Positions 37,716 to 51,000 of a DNA stretch of 64,000 nucleotides are shown here, in pieces. The stretch is taken from positions 257,165 through 321,164 of the forward strand of contig NMRA01000056.1 in assembly GCA_002633005.1 (NCBI GenBank), written 5' to 3'. The notes below the pieces were generated by a model. The model was given only the letters and a program-made list of their open reading frames with translations. It had not been told where the DNA came from and did not search any database. Position 1 is the first letter of the stretch, and each line of letters begins with the position of its first letter. This DNA is from Phoronis australis. Lineage: Eukaryota; Animalia; Phoronida. Position numbers and translations under genes: made by a program.

Positions 37716-37930
37716 CATGATGTTTCGGTCGGTCATTTCTCCAGCCATCTTCTGGTGGATGACTTCGTATTGCAGTGGTTAGAGTACTAGACCGATAATC
37801 TAAAAGTATCTAGTTCAATCCCACTGCTGGCCATAGGCCGCTATGTGTGTATAATACATCAGTGCTCGCTCTGTTTAGGAGGCAGTAACACCTGAAGATG
37901 GTCGTAGAAGTGGGTGACCGAAACTTCATG
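37716..37930. mobile_element. 215-bp element: inverted hammerhead-like (Penelope-type) arms enclosing a tRNA-like Pol III core
   Basis: 42-bp inverted arms at 37716-37757 and 37889-37930 (33/42). The right arm reads CTGAAGA-T-GGTC-12 nt-GACC-GAAAC. Interior 37761-37830 has A-box-like TGCAGTGGTTAGAG, stem CTAGA-CCGATAA-TCTAA and B-box AGTTCAATCCC. Confidence 0.65.
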
Positions 37931-40840
37931 CCAAAAATATAGAAGTTACCTTTTTGTAAGCAGAGCATGGCCAACTCATTAGATGAGTAATACTTGCATC
38001 AGAAAATTTAAAGATGTGTCACGTTACTAATCTTGTGTGCGTGATCACAAAATATTGGACGATTATGACGACTATGGGTATTAACCTAATCCTCTATTTG
38101 GATATGCACCCACTGTCTTCTCAAGATTTTTGTCTTAAGTGCTTATGCTCGGCTCAACGCCCACTCCCTGAGTTTTGAATTCCCCCATTTGAGTGCCGTG
38201 TGTGGTAACTCGAAAGAGTCCCGTCAATTAGCCATTCTCCACTTTTTTCACACAAAAATAATAGTCAAAACTATCTGTTTTTCAAAAGCAGCATTTCCTA
38301 CACATAACAGAAACCTTGCTACATCATGTTTTATGACGTCTACACAGTGCAAGTCATGCCAGTAACAGATTTAAATTTTTCTAATATTTAGTTTTGTGAA
38401 GAATTTGACAGAATAGGATTTCACTTGTTCGCCATATTGTGTGCTAAACGCAAGCGAAGAAGTGCTGTATCTAACTCACATGCACTGTGTGGTGTATTTT
38501 CTCATCCCATTGAGTTATACTATTGGTTATCCTTATCTCTTAGGCAAATTTGATAATAGGCCCTCCATTGATTCTTATGCACTCACAGTTCCATGTGAGA
38601 ACACAGAGTTACCACAGTGATGTATTGTGTAGTTAATGTAGTGTGGATCGATGAAGGAATGACGTCATAGCCTGTAGTGTGTGTTATTACCGTACAAAAT
38701 TGTGGCAGTCTGGCTTTGTGTTTAATACTATTTAACAGCAAGGCATCATGTCACCTGGGGATAGGCATGTGATCTGTATAGGTGTTTCAAGATTTCGTAG
38801 CCCTTAAGGGCCTTGCCTGTGTAGTAAACATGTCTAGTTGGGTTTTATGTCCAGCTCTGTTCTTATGTTTGGCTGATTAATAAGTAGCAGATGCACCTGG
38901 GGGTGTGAGGGGGGGTGCACACCCAAAAAATGCATAACTGAGAAAGAGTAGGAAATGATGATAAACGAGCTGTTTTGGCCATTTGACATAGCGTCCTTTT
39001 CAGTTGCTTTTACTAAAAATGTATAGCCTCTTGAGACTACGCTGATTTTTAGGGTGATGCTTCTCAAATCAATGTTGACAATGAATAGCACCTTTTTTAA
39101 CCTGCTGAATTCTTTAAAGAACATGGCAGTGGGAGAATCCCCTGACAAGGTCTATTTTCTGCAAGCACATCAGTCAGTCAAACCTGACTGCAGTGCGCAG
39201 ATGTAAGAAGTTAAAATGGCAAGGTCACGCAACTTTTGTCTCTATACATTAGAAGTGAAGTCGTGTGATCACACCAGTTTTTCTGGCAAGTGTCTTCCGT
39301 CGGCAATATCATGTACAAGGGCCTCAGAATTTGGATTTTGTGAACCAGTTTAATGCCAGTTGTTAGTGGAGAAAAAAATTGTGTCTATGGAAGGCAGTGC
39401 ATGCCTTCTCTATATCATCCAACTGTGGTAATCTCCTGGTGTATATCTGTACATCAATCAAATACCATGACATCTCACATGCCTGCCTTCAGGGGACCCC
39501 CTATGTGATAGTAGGTGACGTCAAAACTGTGGTAAACAAACCGCACTACACTACAGCCAACATGTAGGCCTCTAGTCAGCCAGCATGTAGTATTGTCATG
39601 ACATCATCCTATTACCCTAGCCTGATAGTCTCCTGGATTCATCTTGTATCAGGTGACAATCGATAGCTGCTTTTTAACCTACATCACAGCGTGATAGTTA
39701 ACAGTTTTTGGGTTTTTTTTATTCTGGTGGCTCAGCTGTTTTGGCCCTTCCTCGTTTCCAACCATGCGATGGGCATCTAAGTCAGTGACATTGCATTATT
39801 GGTATGAAGTGAGCGTTTGCCCTGGAATTTTGGTGTCTTTCTAGAATTCACTTAAAGCGGCTACAAACCCGGCTGCCATCTCAAGAGCACCCGCCATTGT
39901 GAAATTGGTCTTAAATTGTTGCTTAGTCAAGTTGCAGAGAATTTCAGTGCTTTGAGAGAACTGACAGTTGCTCGTGAGATCATGCTCACCTTTCATTGCC
40001 ATGGTCGGTCATTTTATACGTCCAGGGCTTCATCAGAAATTTGCTTCTTGGAGGGAATGTATGACGATGTATGGACACTAAAGCTTACCAATACTTCAAA
40101 ATAGCTTGGGAAAGTCCTGAACTTCTGAAGATTAGTTGAATGCCTAATTGGTCGAAGAAACTTAGTTGATGCAATAGTTAAACTGTAAAAGCATTGTGGG
40201 AAATCAGTTGCTCATCTCGGATTGGTGTACAATGGGGTTTGTACTTAAGTTTGTTTTCCTCAACTGTGGTATTCAACAGGGTAGACGACTCATGTACTTT
40301 ATGAGATCAACATGAGCATCCTATTTTTGGTAGTGTTTAACCTTTGGTTTATGTGCCCTCCACTCGAGCAAAAAATAAAGAATGAAAAGAGTATAAAAAT
40401 CTTGGAACTGTCTCCTGTGCATTGTTCAATTGGCTTCTATATTAAGAAGTTCCAATAATTTGGATATCTGATCGTTTTAATTGTGGAAGTCTCTTTGACC
40501 AGAATAGTAATTTCCAAAATAGTAATTTGATGAGATTTATTGCCCCATTACCATGAGCCTTGCTGATGACGTACTAAGTACCAACTGTTTATACTTAGGC
40601 ATCCTGTGGCTACTTTGCACCTTGTTATCTACTATGAAACAGCGGCTGTGCACTTTAGAATAATATACACTATGTGTTTGACATTGTTTTTAGAGTCACA
40701 GAGGTCTGGGGCCACAGACTGATTTTGTGGAGTGTGACCTTGAATGAGTTTCCTGTATCTTTGTTTTTCATTCTGGAAACATGTAGAGCCTGTCTGGTCA
40801 GTTGACTTCTGGAGACACCAGGCACACACATGGGCACACA

Positions 40841-40842
<2 letters not shown>

Positions 40843-40920
<78 letters not shown>
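40843..40920. repeat. (CA)39 microsatellite
   Basis: Uninterrupted 78-bp CA run. Confidence 0.99.
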
Positions 40921-40924
<4 letters not shown>

Positions 40925-41030
40925 ATAGACTCCAGGTGAAGATCTTCAAGTCTGGGATGGTTTTCAGGTATTGGATAAAAGCTTAATCAAACATGATGGT
41001 AGTCTTGAAAGCAGGCACAAGAACAAATTT

Positions 41031-41458
41031 AGTGCCGTTTACACTTCAAAAGTTGAAACGGATCAACTGACATGGAACGAGTTGTTCTAGTGTGTAAACG
41101 GGACTCCTGACACAGAGCAAATTGACACCGCGGTGACAAATTGTGCCACCTGTTTGTGAGGTAGAGCAATTTGCACCCGAACATCTTGCTCCGTGTCAAT
41201 TATATGTCTAACCGCGAAATTGGGGCAAGACGGAAAGGATCATCTCTACTACACTTGCCTAATGACCTATGTACGGATTCTTTGTCATTGCATTACTCTC
41301 GTCATTTGTAAACCTGCGCATGTGTGATCCAGTCTCTCCAGCCTGCAATTTCCGTTTTGCCACAGTTAGTGAGTTGTGTGTGTAAACGGCTGCTTGACAC
41401 GAGTCAATTTCCTCCGTGTCAGTTACGCTTGGCCAAAAGTTGATGTCTAAACAGGACT
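41031..41458. mobile_element. PIF/Harbinger-like MITE, ~430 bp
   Basis: agtgccgtttacacttcaa … ttgatgtctaaacaggact inverted termini, internal GTGTAAACGG and CTCCGTGTCA repeats, TTA/TAA at the ends. Confidence 0.65.
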
Positions 41459-43267
41459 AAAGTATCCTTATAAATTTGGTGGATTCCGCTTTTTGTATTG
41501 CTCAATAGTTAATCACTCCTAGTGAAACAATAGAATTTAGGTAAATGCGTCAATAAGTGATTTTTTTAAATACAACATTGTGGTAAAGCTTCTTCCAGTT
41601 GGTGAAATTAATTTTATCAAATTTAACAACAAAAATCAGTTGTAAGCGGAATTGTACATGTAGTTAGCAGAGTTGCCATTGTAGGACTGTTGCCTAGCAA
41701 CAAAGTTCGGTGTATTTATATCAAGACAATGAGCTGTGGAAAGTGATAGTGCGACTATCACCTTGGGACATTCTGCTTCACACAATGGCAAGCATCAAAT
41801 TCTGGGATTTAGTTTTTTTGATGGTCACAAAAAATTCTGTCATGAAATTATATTCATGACAACAGCAGTTCTTGTTTTCCATGGTTACAATGTGGTCAGA
41901 ATGACGCTCATTTGTGTTATTTTTGGCTTCATTCTAATTCTATTTTCTAATAATTCCGTGAAATCGTTATGTTGAGAAGTGTTATCGTTGTTATCACCTT
42001 ATTATCGTGGCCTTTCCGGAATCTTCCTCACTTTCCTTGGTCATTTGTGCCCACGTTTCCTGCGTTCACCTGTTGCGGACACGTAGCACCTTGGTAAATT
42101 GCACATCTGGACTTAAGTACCTGACACCACCGCCTCTCACACCACACGTCATTATGCTGTGTGAAATTTTAGGTTTTTAATGAGGGAGATTCACATTGAT
42201 ATCGTGTTGAGCCAAAGCTGTGTTTTAATCTAGGAGCAATATACTCTGGGAATGTTTTCTTTTAATACAGTTTAAATTATTGCCATGGGGAGGCAGCTAA
42301 TGACATAGAGTAGATTTTCTTCATATTAGAACACAATATGGGGGAACAGCAAAATTCTATTTTGTCAAAATTTTCAATAAAAGTAAACAAGGAAACATTA
42401 TATTACTTTCATTATTTGAAAATTTGGTATAACATGGCTGGCATCAACAAACACACAGTGAAATTTTGAACATTTTTGGCAAACTGAACATTTGAAACAT
42501 GAAAATATTACAGTTTTGTCCATTGTTATTATTCCAATTTGAACAAACTTTACCAGATGCCAAATTGGTTATTACATGATAAATATGGTAGAGTAGTCTT
42601 ATGTTAAATAACAATCCACATCTAAGTAATTAATTTCAAGAAATCTACCTCTTACTGAAGGTGGTAGATTTCAACAGTCCTCGATGGGATGTTTTTATTG
42701 AGAAAATACTTAATTTGTACTCTAGTTGACTAGGTAATAGATAATAGATGTGACTGAAGAGTCATCATTTCAATTGAAATATCCAGCTAATTGCCAATTC
42801 CAATTGAATCTACCACATAGCAGTCATCGTTACGATTTTTATTTAAAAAAATTCATATTAGATCTAGTTCATTTAAGTTAGTAACAGATAACAACTGTGT
42901 GGAAGGAATCTCCCTTTTAATTAAAAACCCAGTCCTGGCTAATTATCATTTCCTATTGAGTCTGCCACCTACTAAAGGTCATAGGTCAGCAGTCATTGAC
43001 GTACTTGGGTAGACCACAGTCAAATAATCTCTGCTATGGCCACAAGTTGTTATTGTTTCTCCATAGAGCTTATTGACTTAGTTATGCAGTGAAGTTTGCC
43101 TTGTGCTAGCAGAACCTTGGGAATGTGATCGTGTTTAGGACAGTGTGTACGTTCCCGCCTATCGAGTATCGGAAATTGCAAAAAACGTCACCAAGGAGTT
43201 GTTTTCAAGCAAACATTGGAATTGTGAAATCAAAACGGAACCATTGCGAGGCGTTTGCGCAGAATGG

Positions 43268-43365
43268 ATGTTCCTTCGATTGTCTGGGAAATTTTCGTCT
43301 TTGAGACTCCGTGTGTTGTACATTCTAGACTTCTCTGCCTTTGACGCAATAGTTTTGTTCTTAAG
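43268..43365 (+). CDS. Candidate alternative first exon
   Basis: A CpG-rich stretch at 43140-43270 is followed by ATG and 32 codons MFLRLSGKFSSLRLRVLYILDFSAFDAIVLFL, then donor AAG|GTTTGG in phase 2. An out-of-frame ATG at 43264 weakens the call. Confidence 0.25.
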
Positions 43366-45554
43366 GTTTGGCTATTTCTTATTGATGCCGAGTCAGTGCG
43401 CTAAAGGGATTATGACGCCGAAGTTCATGAAGCTTTGAGACTAGCTGCTCAACTGACATTTCTGGAGTTACGAAGAAGAATATAAAGCTGGTATATTGCA
43501 GATGCATGAATAAAACAGAAGTTGAAAGCTGACTGGATTCACTGGGACAACGTTGCTCTGTGATATTGTTTGGTTCTCGGGTCAACTATGGGACTGTAAG
43601 TCACGTGTCATTTTAGACTGTTTTTTTTTCTGGCAACTGGTAACTTCATAGAAATGTCTGTGTCCATGTCATGCAGCCTGCGTTTTTCAAATTTGTAAAC
43701 TATGAAATTGTGTGTCATTAGAAATTCCATGATAATTTTAGGAACATGCCCGGGATCATTACCGTGTAAAAAATTCATTGATACTTTGTGAATCAAAGGG
43801 TGCATTAAAATTGTGCCTTAATCTTGCGTCGAATAACATGCATTGTGTCCATGTTCATATACAACAACAGTGTAAAGTGGCTGATCAAAACTAAAGCATC
43901 TTTGACCGAAACAACAATGTTTGTAACATGGCGTCCAGTGTTTTGTGAAATTCAGATTTAACTGTGGGTTGTGTTTATCTAAATGAAAACGCATTTAACC
44001 ATCAGCGATTTCTTTTTGCATAATATACTGTGGTAGCAGATGGAATCTCATACCCCCTAATGAATCAAACTCTGACAGGAAATGTTAACGTGGTCCTAAG
44101 TTCTCCAAATTGGCCGATTGATTTGATGCCCTGTTGGTATGAATATTCAGAGCCATAGCCACGTTATTCGAAGACTGCCTCTGATTTCTTCACTCTTCTG
44201 CATGTACTCGTACTGGAACTCTTGACCTCGGAGTATTGGAACGTGTCAAACATGAACTCTCTTTTGCCACTTCTTGCGTCAGCAATGCCTTCTGTGGAAT
44301 CTGTTACAATTGAGCTGATGTTTTCTGTGAATTCTATTAAATCAAGGCAGTTATAATGCCATTTGAATCTTGTGGACATTTTTATGTAGTTGATAATACC
44401 GTTTTACACCCCCTGTTATCAGATAGTAAAAACATACTGTGGAAGGAGTCCTTGTGATTCTGTTGATCAAGTCGTAAAGGTGATAATAAACATGTCATTG
44501 GTCAACCTGTCAAAGGTCACTCTATTTGCATCATCCAGTTGGGTTTTAAAAGATGTACCCTAAAAGAAAAACAAGCCGTAAAATGGCATTTAATGGCATG
44601 ATTTGCTTAGAATTATGGATATCCTGTGTTCCTTATTAGGGGAGTGCTGCATCAACAGCAGGTACACAATCCGCATAGACATAAGTTAGATGTATTGGGG
44701 AAATTGAGACTAATTTTTTCAATTAAGGTAAAACCATGGTCTTGGTATATTATACATAAATTTCTTTACATCTTAGCAAACTCATGTCAGTAGTGGGCAT
44801 AGTTAGAGAAGTTCCATGACACTTAGATTTTTTTCTGGTCCAAATAGAATCTCATTGCCATCACTGTTGTAATTTGTAATTAAAATTGGCGTGTTTATTG
44901 GAAGCAGGTGCATAGTTTTATAATAACAGCTATGAAGCAGTCAAAACAACAGCCATTCTATAAACACTGAAATTATTGGATATTATTATTACTATTACGG
45001 ATAATGAAGAAAGATATATTTTGGAGGCTTCCGATTTATTCATACCCTACTTTGAAAATCATCTTGATCTTCATGCCAACAGACCTGTCAAGTTTCCTCA
45101 ATGGACATCAGCAGTGCCATCTGTTGCCGAGCATGGTACATCTGCTATTGCCTCTGTGAAGATAATAGCAGAATGTGTTTCTGTCATAATAGTTAAATTT
45201 CCATCAGTGAAGGTGTCGCATGACGTTCTTGTAGTTAAGGTTAGTGTCACATGGCATTTACTATGTCTTTGGCCTGTTAAATTTCTGTTTGACGTTTTTT
45301 TTAGTTTGTTTCATGGTGTTTTAACGACCTTCCTGTCTATAGTACGAAAACCTGTTTTTTATTGTGTTACGATACACCTGTTTCTGTAAAACCATTCATA
45401 CAGGGCAGCAAAAGTTCAGGAACAGTTTAAACTAACAGGGTATGTTTGTTGGCATACACACCCTAGAGGTATAAACCATGGTTGGCAGACCAGACCCGGT
45501 GGGCCGCTTTTATTAACATATACCCGGTAGTTATTCTTTTTTTTGTCGCCATCT

Positions 45555-46285
45555 ACTGTGAAATCTCACCAATTTAGGACACAATATGGCCAGCAAGTGA
45601 AATTTTATTTTCTCATTTTTTTAATGTAGCACCAAATATTTTGTGTATTCAAGTTCTGAACCTTAAGTTAGTGTCTGACAATGGTTTGAGAAGATGTGGC
45701 TAATTCGTAACACAGTTAGAAACCCTTGAAAAAACACAAAAAAGCCTATTTTAGAAAAAAATTTTGTCGTAATTATTTAGATAGTTACTAAAGGTATGGT
45801 AAATAGTCTGCATTTTAATATTCAAAATGTCGGATAATGCTCTCAATAAAATAAACATTGAGAAAATGTCTTCATCCTTTGACATAATTTACGCTCAATT
45901 CCTATTGTAAAATAAAAAAATCAAAGTATTTTAGCAATGTAACAAGTTAAAAAGTCCACGATAACGGAAAATGGCTGTTAGGCAATTAATTTGTGCAAAA
46001 TAATTTAAGAGAATTTGGGGAAGTCGTTAGGATTGAACGCTAGATGGCTGCCACAGGCACAGGTTGTGTTACACAAGGTCTGGTCCAACCTGTGATTGGT
46101 TATAAGATACTTTTCTCCTATTAATGGTTACTAAATGTGTGGTGCATTGTGGTGTTACTTGGGCGATGGTATGGTTCAAGAATTCTCCACTTGTTTCGCA
46201 GAAAATTAATTGGCAACCAATCTTTTTTCATCTTTGTATTTGTGGAGAATATTGACAAAATAGAATTTCACTTATCGGCCCTAGT
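45555..46285. mobile_element. TIR element of the most abundant local family (GACAAAATAGAATTTCACTTGTCGGCCATATTGTGT terminus)
   Basis: The motif is in reverse orientation at ~45575-45615 and forward at ~46253-46280. Other copies lie near 7045, 24735, 38407, 42330, 52890, 57450, 61835, 61915 and 63815. Confidence 0.6.
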
Positions 46286-48650
46286 ACAGTTAAGGGCCCG
46301 GTCACAAGGAACTGGTTCTCAAAATGTTCGAGCTCATCTTAACATTTTGACAAAATGGGGGAGGTAAGGATTGAAACGTGCCTCAAATGACATCCATGGG
46401 ATTCTTTCTTAGACTTTGGAATGCTTCATTGGCTACCACTTTGTTCTTGTGTCGAGATCAGAGAGGATCTAAACGATCATATGGTTAAATGGCAAAGGCA
46501 GGTACTTTGTTCATCAAAAACTGTCTGTGTCTTGTGATTCTATTGATGAATGTTATTGAACAATCCCTGCAGTTTCCTTCTGTGTAACCTAGTCACAGTC
46601 TATTCATTAGAGTACACATCTCTTGCCTTCAATGCCCATTCAGGTTTCAATCCTTTGTACCCAGCATTTGGTGTTGGTTTAAGCTAGATGTCAATATTGG
46701 CACTGGCTCAGAACTAGCTAAAGTATCCCTGTAGTCCTCCACTCAGCTGACAATGTGATTGCTCAATGAACCTAGTGCTATTACGTCAATACTCAGCATA
46801 TTTGTTTTCACTGGACTGTTTGCAGTGTGCATCTCTTTCAAAGTACAACAAACAGCTTTGAAGAGATGTTTTCATCCAGCATTGACTCTGTCTCTCTCCA
46901 GTGGCATTGTTGTGTGATTGATTTCTTTTGTGACATGTGAATGCTGGTTATTATATATATGTGTGTGTGTATGAGTGTGTGAGTGTTGAGTGTGCATGCT
47001 TTTAGTAGGTGTAGGTTGATACAGCCAGGTGTCATTTGGCCTGGCCACTGTGGAGTAATAGTGATGGTTTGGATGTCATAATGTTGACCAGGATGACCTG
47101 TGTGACAAGCTGGATAGTCCACCTATGAAATATGAGGTGTAGCTGTGTATTCCTATGGATGATACGTACAGAAGAAGGTAATTTGACTGTGCCATTGTCA
47201 CTGACAGCTCCACCATCGGTGTTGGGGTGTTGTAACAGACGAAAAGACTGAGAAGTGTGGCTGTCCCCCAGTTTTGCTCGTTGAGAGAACTGATTTGAAA
47301 GCATGTAATGTTCTGTGCTTGTCTGTCAGAAGACGACTGCTTACTTTATAGTTATTAGGTCACTGATTTGTGCACTTGGGAAGAACCAAGTATGTTTTTG
47401 CTTGAGACCAGGCCTAATAATTTGATTTGACCTGGAGTTTCAAATTGCTCTGGAACCAGTCTGTTGTGCTGCCGAGTGAACAGACTGTAGTTTAGGTGAG
47501 AGGAGAGCTTGTGAGCTGATAGACATTTGCTGAAATAGCAGTGACATGTCACTAGATGGCGCAACAGGGCAGTTGATGGACAGTCACTTCTGCATGTAAA
47601 GATCTAGTGCAGTGCGGTATTTTCTAGGTTTTTTATAAATTCTTAGTGACTGTCAAACTGCTACTGTTGTGTGGAAGGCTATCCAAAAAATTCACACAAA
47701 AATGTCCAAATGTCTTAAAATACCTGTGAACAAAAGAAACTGCATTCTCTCCCTATCAATTGAGCCTGTCTTGCAAACCACAATTAGAAATTGGGTCAGG
47801 CAAAATACATTTTTGGCCAAAATTGGATATTTTTCTAGAACAGTCCTACATAGGCTAAAAATCTTCAGGTGATTGAAAAGGTCTATTGTTGATTCAACAG
47901 TGGTCCAAAATCAACCCTTTGAACCATTCAATGTGCTGTTAAACTTTTGTGCTGCATGTTTTTATTCCTGTTGTCGATATTAATATGTAGTCTCAGGCCC
48001 GTATACTTCTGCTATTATCAGTTTAAAAAATGAAAAATGCGCATTTGAATAAAATTAAGTATAAGCTGGACTTCACTTTGTTTTGATAACTACAAATGAA
48101 AATTTAATTGGGCCTTTTACTTAATGTAATACAATTATAGGATTCCATTTCTGTTACAAACAAGACTATCAAAACCATCATCGTTGCAAGAAGAAAACGA
48201 TTTAAAGTTAATTGCAGTTGGCCAACTCTAAAATTGTGAATTTGAAAATGAGTTGCTGGCTCATTTGCCACTAATGCGAGATCAGATGAGCATGATAATG
48301 TTTTTTTATTCTCCACAGCGCTTCAGTTCTACATTGACAGCCAAACAGTGGCGAAACATAGCTTTAATTTCCTTAGTCCTGTTTACAGTTCAGAGCTTGG
48401 AAATAGGGGAAATTTGTTAACATTATTGATGAATGTAATATGCCTATACATTTGAGCTTGGCGCACTAAGCCGTCAGTCAGCTGATTGGGGAGTAAGCTG
48501 GTTTCCTGCACCAAAATTCTTGATAGAGCTTGCTGGTTTTGCATCTTGAGCTTGTTTTTGTGCTGGACTCTTATTGGTTAGAGAACCCCAATGTTGGGTT
48601 AAATGCTGATGGAACACAATCAAAGCTGTTGCCTGTGTTAGTGCTCTCTG

Positions 48651-49025
48651 TAGTGCCGTCCACACACCGACTTACCCTAGAACAAGTTACTCCTGGACCG
48701 AGTTGTCGCTAGGTTTGGGGGCTGTTCGGATGCTACTTTAACTAGTGCAACTTACCCCACTTGTGACAACTTATTTCACATTATTGAGTTGGGGTAACTT
48801 GTTCTAGGGTAACCTGTGCCACTTGTCATCGCTGCGTGGCCACAAGAGAGTGGGGTTGGGTGCGGTTACGTGCAGACAGGTTGTCTCTTGCGTGCTGCAT
48901 TAGGTGTTGATTGTCGTACACAGAGCGACAACTTTCGTTTTACCCTAGTCATCGGATATGTGTAGGGCAAGTTACACTAGTACAAGTTGTTCTAGGCTAG
49001 GCTGTGTGTGGACGTGGATGGGACT
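48651..49025 (+). mobile_element. Harbinger-like MITE family copy (partner 25212-25440)
   Basis: GTCCACACAC … GTGTGTGGAC inverted ends and collinear homology with 25212-25440. Confidence 0.8.
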
Positions 49026-50038
49026 CATAGGAAGTGTTAAGACTCGTACCGCGGCCATGTTTTTGCTACTGCACATAACCCAGTCATTACCGGAAAGTTA
49101 GGGGATTAATGGCACAAGTGACTGATTTCAGTTTGGCTCGGCAGTTGAAAATTCAGAGGCAACTGGCACTTCGGTTCCCCTTCAAGTGTTCTTCACAAGA
49201 GAAAATTCAAACTCAATGGGTATTACAGTCCTGGAATCAGGGTTTATATGATATAAAGTCTTGGAATCGGTGCTTTTAGCTGATGCCAAAATGTCCTAAA
49301 TTGCTTTTAAAAGTACTTACTTTTCTCCCAGTTGTTAAGATTTGTTGCACTGGTTTTCAATCTTGAACCAAGCAAGCTGAACTCAACGGAACAAAATTCA
49401 AAATAGGTTTTGGAGAACACTTCTATTATTAGGGGTCGGGCATTGGGGACTTTGTTTAAAGACACTTTGCTTTTCTAGAGGAACTTTCTGTCATGTAACC
49501 TTAAGGTTAATTTCCATTGAAATTTGGGAAAAGGTTGATTTGACAAAAAATGAATTCTTTGAATAAAGAAATAATAACGAAATTATTATTACAAAGAAAG
49601 TGCACCTATCATGGCCATGGTTTGGATACAGGGGGCTTAAATATTTATAGCTACGTAGTGAGGGATAGTTTTAGGAGCACGCCCCATGTCATTGGCACAA
49701 AAATAATTTCATCGACTCACTGTGATTGATATAACTCATTAAAAGTGGATTTGAAGCGAAAAAGGACGAAAAACTATTGGCCCATAGGTTCTCCAGATTG
49801 GCCTGTTGACTTCAGGCTGTGTGGGTCAATTCACCAATACCCACGTTTTTCCAAAATATCCCTGCGTAGTTGTTCTGGCGTGAGTTGCCAATGGCTAATA
49901 CACGGTTTTGAAACTGGAGTTACCTGTGTACTTTACCCAAACCTTTCAAACTTCTCGCTGGCTAGGTTACGGTAAAGTCTTGCTGACTTAGGACTCAATA
50001 TGCTGGACAGTGGAAATTTAATTGTCATTTTTTCTTGC

Positions 50039-50143
50039 AGTAGTCACTTGCAGGGTCTCCACATTTTGAGAACCAGATGAATGCCCACTGGTGAGTGGAG
50101 AGAACAGATTCTCTAAATGTAGGGACCCCTATAAGTGACTACT
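50039..50143. repeat. ~105-bp fold-back hairpin / micro-MITE
   Basis: AGTAGTCACTTGCAGGGTCTCCACATTTTGAGAA versus reverse complement AGTAGTCACTTATAGGGGTCCCTACATTTAGAGAA. Confidence 0.85.
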
Positions 50144-50739
50144 ACTGACCAATATGTATGCCGATGACTATATCCTCAGTCTTGACACATGTACCTGTTT
50201 TTTATCAGTGAAGTTAAACAACTCAAAATTGCTATGAAAGTCACAATTCACTTAATTATCACCAGGGGCAGCAGCTATGCAAGACATCCAACAGGAAATG
50301 TCCAATTGGTTATGACATCACCAAATATGCAATAACCACCTACGCTGGGGGTTCTGTGCACTGTTATACTTTTAACCTGATGTTACAGGGGTTGGTGAAG
50401 ATGCTGTGTCTTGAATCTGTCAGCATGTTACACGCTGATGTGCATTGGGAGCACCAGATGGTAAAAAGTATCAAGGCCTGTTAGCTAGGCATGGGTTTAT
50501 AATTTATTTAAGGCAGGGTATATGTCGACCCAGCACTGACACTTCATTCATTCATCACCCACCAACTGTCTGTCTGGCTCTATGTGGAAAGGAAAGGCTT
50601 GTTCCCATATAAATTAAATTCTTTTCACCCAAGTGGGTCAACATGGAGTGAGGACTATGACAGGTCCCCCCCCTCCTGCAACATCCTTTAAGCAGCTCTT
50701 TAGCCTTGTTTCTGCACCATTGAAGTTCTTGAAGTTTCT

Positions 50740-51000
50740 CATGTTATTTGATGGTGCATTGCTTTTTTCAATTTTTTATCGACTGCATTAACTGCATTTG
50801 ATCTGCCACTGCCAGCGAATTTTTACTGTTGTGCTGTTAGCTGCAACTTCGATGGTGCAAAGTTGTATTAACTTGAGGAGTATCTGTGCATGCGCTAACT
50901 TACAACATGATTTTTACAATCAGCCCGACATTTCTAAAACAAGGTCAGTGTAACAACACGTTTTCCAGCCTCCTGGACAAGGGAGATGTGTATTCGAGAC
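50740..51000 (+). pseudogene. Second THAP-remnant copy
   Basis: From 50809 reads LPANFYCCAVSCNFDGAKLY*. Upstream CATGTTATTTG and TCGA.TGCATTA, and downstream GACAA.GGAG, are shared with the 27.8-kb copy. Confidence 0.6.

Noticed and set aside
37761-37830. Functional tRNA gene (GAT anticodon)
   Set aside because: Acceptor and T stems do not pair properly, so it is treated as a tRNA-derived core.
40632-40986. ORFs with CVCVCV and HTHTHT repeats
   Set aside because: They are translations of the (CA)n microsatellite.
44976-45389. Longest ORF in the track (137 aa)
   Set aside because: TTG start, no recognisable domain and no convincing splice boundaries.
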